Positions 60,365-64,000 of a stretch of DNA of 64,000 nt are shown here, in pieces. The stretch is taken from the NCBI GenBank assembly GCA_964016885.1, contig CAXHJY010001389.1:1-64000 (forward strand). Direction: 5' to 3'. The translations under genes and the position numbers were made by a program. The stretch's first letter is position 1. Every line of letters starts with the position of its first letter. The notes beneath the pieces are model-generated. The model was not told the DNA's origin, ran no database searches, and saw only the letters and a list, made by a program, of their open reading frames with translations. Source of the stretch: Eledone cirrhosa (lineage: Eukaryota).

Positions 60365-62578
60365 CAAAGCATATTACTTGATGCTTTCGACAGTAAGGAA
60401 GAACATTTAGAGTCGGACAATATAGAGGGAGAGTGGGAATTTCTGAAAGCAAACCTGCTGTTGGCGACAGACGAGGTCTGTGGCTGGAGCAGGCCTGTAG
60501 GCAGGAGGAGAGTAACATGGTGGTGGAACAGTAAGGTGGAGGGGTCAATTAAGGCCAAAAAGCAGGCTTGGAAAGTATGGCGGGATGGGGGAAGTAGAGA
60601 GGACTATCAAGTGGCCAGGAGGGAAGCTAGGAGACAAGTGTACTTAGCAAGAAGGGAAGCTGAGGAAAGAAAGTTCAAGCATGTTCTACAACGCGATGAC
60701 CAAAAACGTGAGGTGTTCAGGATTGCTAGGCAATGCGTCAAGGAAAACCGTGATATTGTCGGGGAGAAGTGTGTACTAAACGACGATGGCACACTTGCCA
60801 TCACCGACGCTGATAAGAAGGTAGCTTGGAAGTGTCACTATGAAAGGCTACTAAATGAGGAGAATAATTGGGAGAAAGGCAGTCTCCGCCATATCGACCC
60901 AATAGAGGGACCAGCAGTGTTAGTCGAGGGGAGTATAATAAGTAAGGCAATCAAGGATATGAAGACTGGTAAGGCGGCTGGGCCTTCGGAAATAGTTGCT
61001 GAGATGCTGAAGGCATCTGGCACGGTGGGACACACCATGGTCACCCGCATAGTTAACCAAGTCGTACAGAATGGGGTTGTTCCGAAGGACTGGCATAGCA
61101 GCATCATCGTTAACTGTTATAAGGGTAAAGGAGACGCCCTAGATAGGAGTAACTATAGAGGCATTAAATTAATCGACCAGGTCATGAAGGTCACGGAAAA
61201 AGTAATAGCGCAACTAATCAGAGAGAGAATTGACCTAGATGAAATGCAGTTCGGGTTTGTGTCAGGCAAAAGTACCACAGACGCTCTTTTCATAGTACGA
61301 CAACTACAGGAGAAGTACCTAGCTAAAGGTAAACCCCTCTACTTAGCTTTTGTCGACTTGGAGAAAGCCTTCGACAGAGTCCCCCGCTCCATTATCTGGT
61401 GGGCTCTTAGAAAACTAGGCGTTGACGAATGGCTTGTGAGGGCTATACAAGCCATGTATAAAGAAACAGTCAGCAAGGTTAGAATTAACAACGAATATAG
61501 TGAAGAGTTTAGCGTAAAAGTTGGCGTCCATCAGGGCTCTGTTCTCAGTCCACTACTATTTATTATTGCCCTTCAGGCTATAACAGAGGAGTTCAAGACA
61601 GGCTGCCCATGGGAACTCCTATACGCAGACGACCTGACACTCATAGCGGAATCAATGGCCGAGCTAGAGAAGAAATTCCAAACATGGAAGCACGGCCTAG
61701 AGTCAAAAGGACTTAAAATTAACCTGGCTAAGACCAAAGTACTAGTTTGTAGGAAAGAAAACAAGGCGGCGGTCCCTTCTGGGAAATGGTCGTGCTCGGT
61801 GTGTAGGAAAGGCGTAGGTAGAAACTCCATTTTATGTCCTAAATGCAAAGTATGGGTGCATAAAAGATGTAGTGGGATCACAGGTAAGCTAACTAAGAAC
61901 ATAGATTTTACATGTGGCCGGTGCTCTGGTGCAATAAGTAGCAGCAAGTGCCCACAAACTACTAGCTCTTTCAATTGCGCAGAGGGTTCTATAGAAATAG
62001 TGGACAGCTTCCGTTACCTGGGCGATAAAATCAGCAGTGGGGGAGGGTGCTCTGAAAGTACTGTAGCTAGAGTCAGAACTGGTTGGAAAAAGTTCAGAGA
62101 GCTTATACCACTATTAGCTGCTAAAGGGTTCTCACTAAAAATGAAAGGCAGGTTGTACGATGCCTGCATACGAACAGCAATGCTGCATGGCAGTGAGACC
62201 TGGGCATTGTGTGCAGAGGATATACGCAGACTAGAGAGGAACGAAGCTTGCATGCTCCGCTGGATGTGTAACAGTAATATACGTGAACGGCAAAGCATAA
62301 ACGAACTAAGGAAAAAATTAGAGATAAGAGGGATCAGATGTTGTTTACTCGAGAGAAGGCTACGTTGGTATGGACACGTGATGCGCATGAAAGTCGATAG
62401 CTGTATAACAAAGTGCAGGGCAATAAAGATAGACGGTAGTCACGGAATAGGCAGACCTAGAAAAACCTGGGACGAGCTGATAAACTCCGACATCACACAC
62501 TTACACCTCTCCAAGACAATGTCACTGGACCGAGACCTTTGGCGGTACTCAGTAACAGAGAAGACCCGCCTTACCTAA
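60362..62578 (+). CDS. RTE reverse transcriptase with internal PHD-like finger
   Basis: [58 protein letters not shown]. Confidence 0.92.
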
Positions 62579-62974
62579 ATATATAGTAAAACCTACTCCA
62601 GCCAGTAGGCATCTCTAACAAAATACACCCCGCCCCACCACCACCACCCCCACCCAATCCACACCACCCCGTTCTATGTAAAGTTATGTTGGTGCCGCGC
62701 CATCGAGGCCGAAACAAATGAGATCGTGTAGGTGTCACGACAAAAAAACACACAGTCCACGCTGTAATGTGGCCGTGTAGGCAACACGGTAAAAACCTCC
62801 CAGACCCACACTGTAAATGTGGTTGGTGTTAGGAAGGGCATCCAACTGTAGAAAACCTGCCAGACAGTCCTATGCGAGCAAGACAATCACTCTTGCCTCA
62901 AGTGGGACTACCCCCGTCCAAACCCATGCAAGCGTGGAACACGGACGTTAAACGTCGATGATGATGATGATGAT
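60362..62974 (+). mobile_element. RTE-clade LINE, 5'-truncated (endonuclease lost), (gat)n tail
   Basis: Intact frame to 62578; 3' UTR shared with the copies at 30662 (-) and 33098 (+). Confidence 0.93.
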
Positions 62975-63058
62975 ATATATATATATATATGTAAAGTTAT
63001 ATTTAAAATTGTTGGGTTACAACTAGTAATATTTTTTATAGTTTTCCATTTATTTAAT

Positions 63059-63226
<168 letters not shown>

Positions 63227-63279
63227 AATATATATATATAAATATATAAATATATATATATAAATATATAAATATATAT

Positions 63280-63703
63280 TTCCTATTTCTACCCCCCATT
63301 GTTCTACCTACCGTTCCGACTTCCTCCCCCTCCCCCTCCCCTGTATCTTCTTTGACCTCATGCCCAGCTGTAGCTGGCACTACCAACGCTTGATTGGGTC
63401 TACTCCACCCCCTCCCCTCCTTCTCCTACTGGCAGGTTTAGCCACCATCTCCCCTACTAATTTGCAACCACAGAATTACTACTGATTTTTGACAATCACT
63501 TTGACCATATATGGAATTACCCCTTGAGAAGATCGGCTATTTAAATACCAGGATAAATTTTCATTTAGTCCAGAATTAGCCGTCGAAACGGCTTGAGCTC
63601 AGCTGTCGGGGTCTTACTGGTTCCTATTACCCACTCTACTACCTCAAGTATTGAGTACTTTGGTGCGTTATGGTCCACCTGGTTCCTTACCACATTTCCT
63701 TCG

Positions 63704-63764
<61 letters not shown>

Positions 63765-63927
63765 TATGTATATATATATATATATATATAGTACAGAATT
63801 AGCCGTCGAAACGGCTTGAGCTCAGCCGTCGGGGTCTTACTTGTTCCTATTACCCACTCTACTACCCTAAGTATTGAGTACTTTGGTGCGTTATCATCCA
63901 CCTGGTTCCTTACCACATTTCCTTCGT

Positions 63928-63929
<2 letters not shown>
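63280..63929 (+). mobile_element. Penelope-type 3' end in partial tandem (second truncated unit at 63794-63929), each unit ending in (TA)n
   Basis: Direct repeat of cagaattagccgtcgaaac...ccttcgttat. Confidence 0.7.
63519..63610 (+). ncRNA. type I hammerhead ribozyme motif with U3:A8 core variant
   Basis: cccc TTGAGAA ga(t)cggcta...tagccgtc GAAA cggct tgagctc agctG TC gggg. Confidence 0.7.

Positions 63930-64000
<71 letters not shown>

Overview
This is AT-rich, repeat-dense animal genomic DNA. The SINE tails and RTE/Penelope landscape suggest an octopus or other coleoid cephalopod (inference). Almost all long ORFs in the track ([14 protein letters not shown]) are microsatellite artefacts. Real content: (1) a near full-length Gypsy/Ty3 LTR retrotransposon (43051-48940) with a tRNA-Trp PBS and a -1 frameshift signal; (2) an L1/Tx1-type LINE with an 18-bp TSD (36340-39858); (3) several RTE-clade LINEs, one with a twin-priming 5' inversion and others with a PHD-like finger inside the RT; (4) two Penelope-like elements (GIY-YIG) plus CR1 fragments, SINEs and MITEs; (5) a 78-bp minisatellite; (6) a ~5.7-5.9 kb direct duplication ~50.6 kb apart. 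Two layers are invisible in the ORF track. First, there are about seven type I hammerhead-ribozyme motifs of several unrelated sequence types, found at Penelope-type ends next to (TA)n tracts and often in fold-back arrangements; one has a ~115-nt stem II and one has a U3:A8 core. Second, five small phase-compatible + strand exons (24102-41511) splice into an unrecognised Cys-rich modular protein whose introns host most of the LINEs. All RNA structures and splice models were read by eye and need computational or experimental confirmation.
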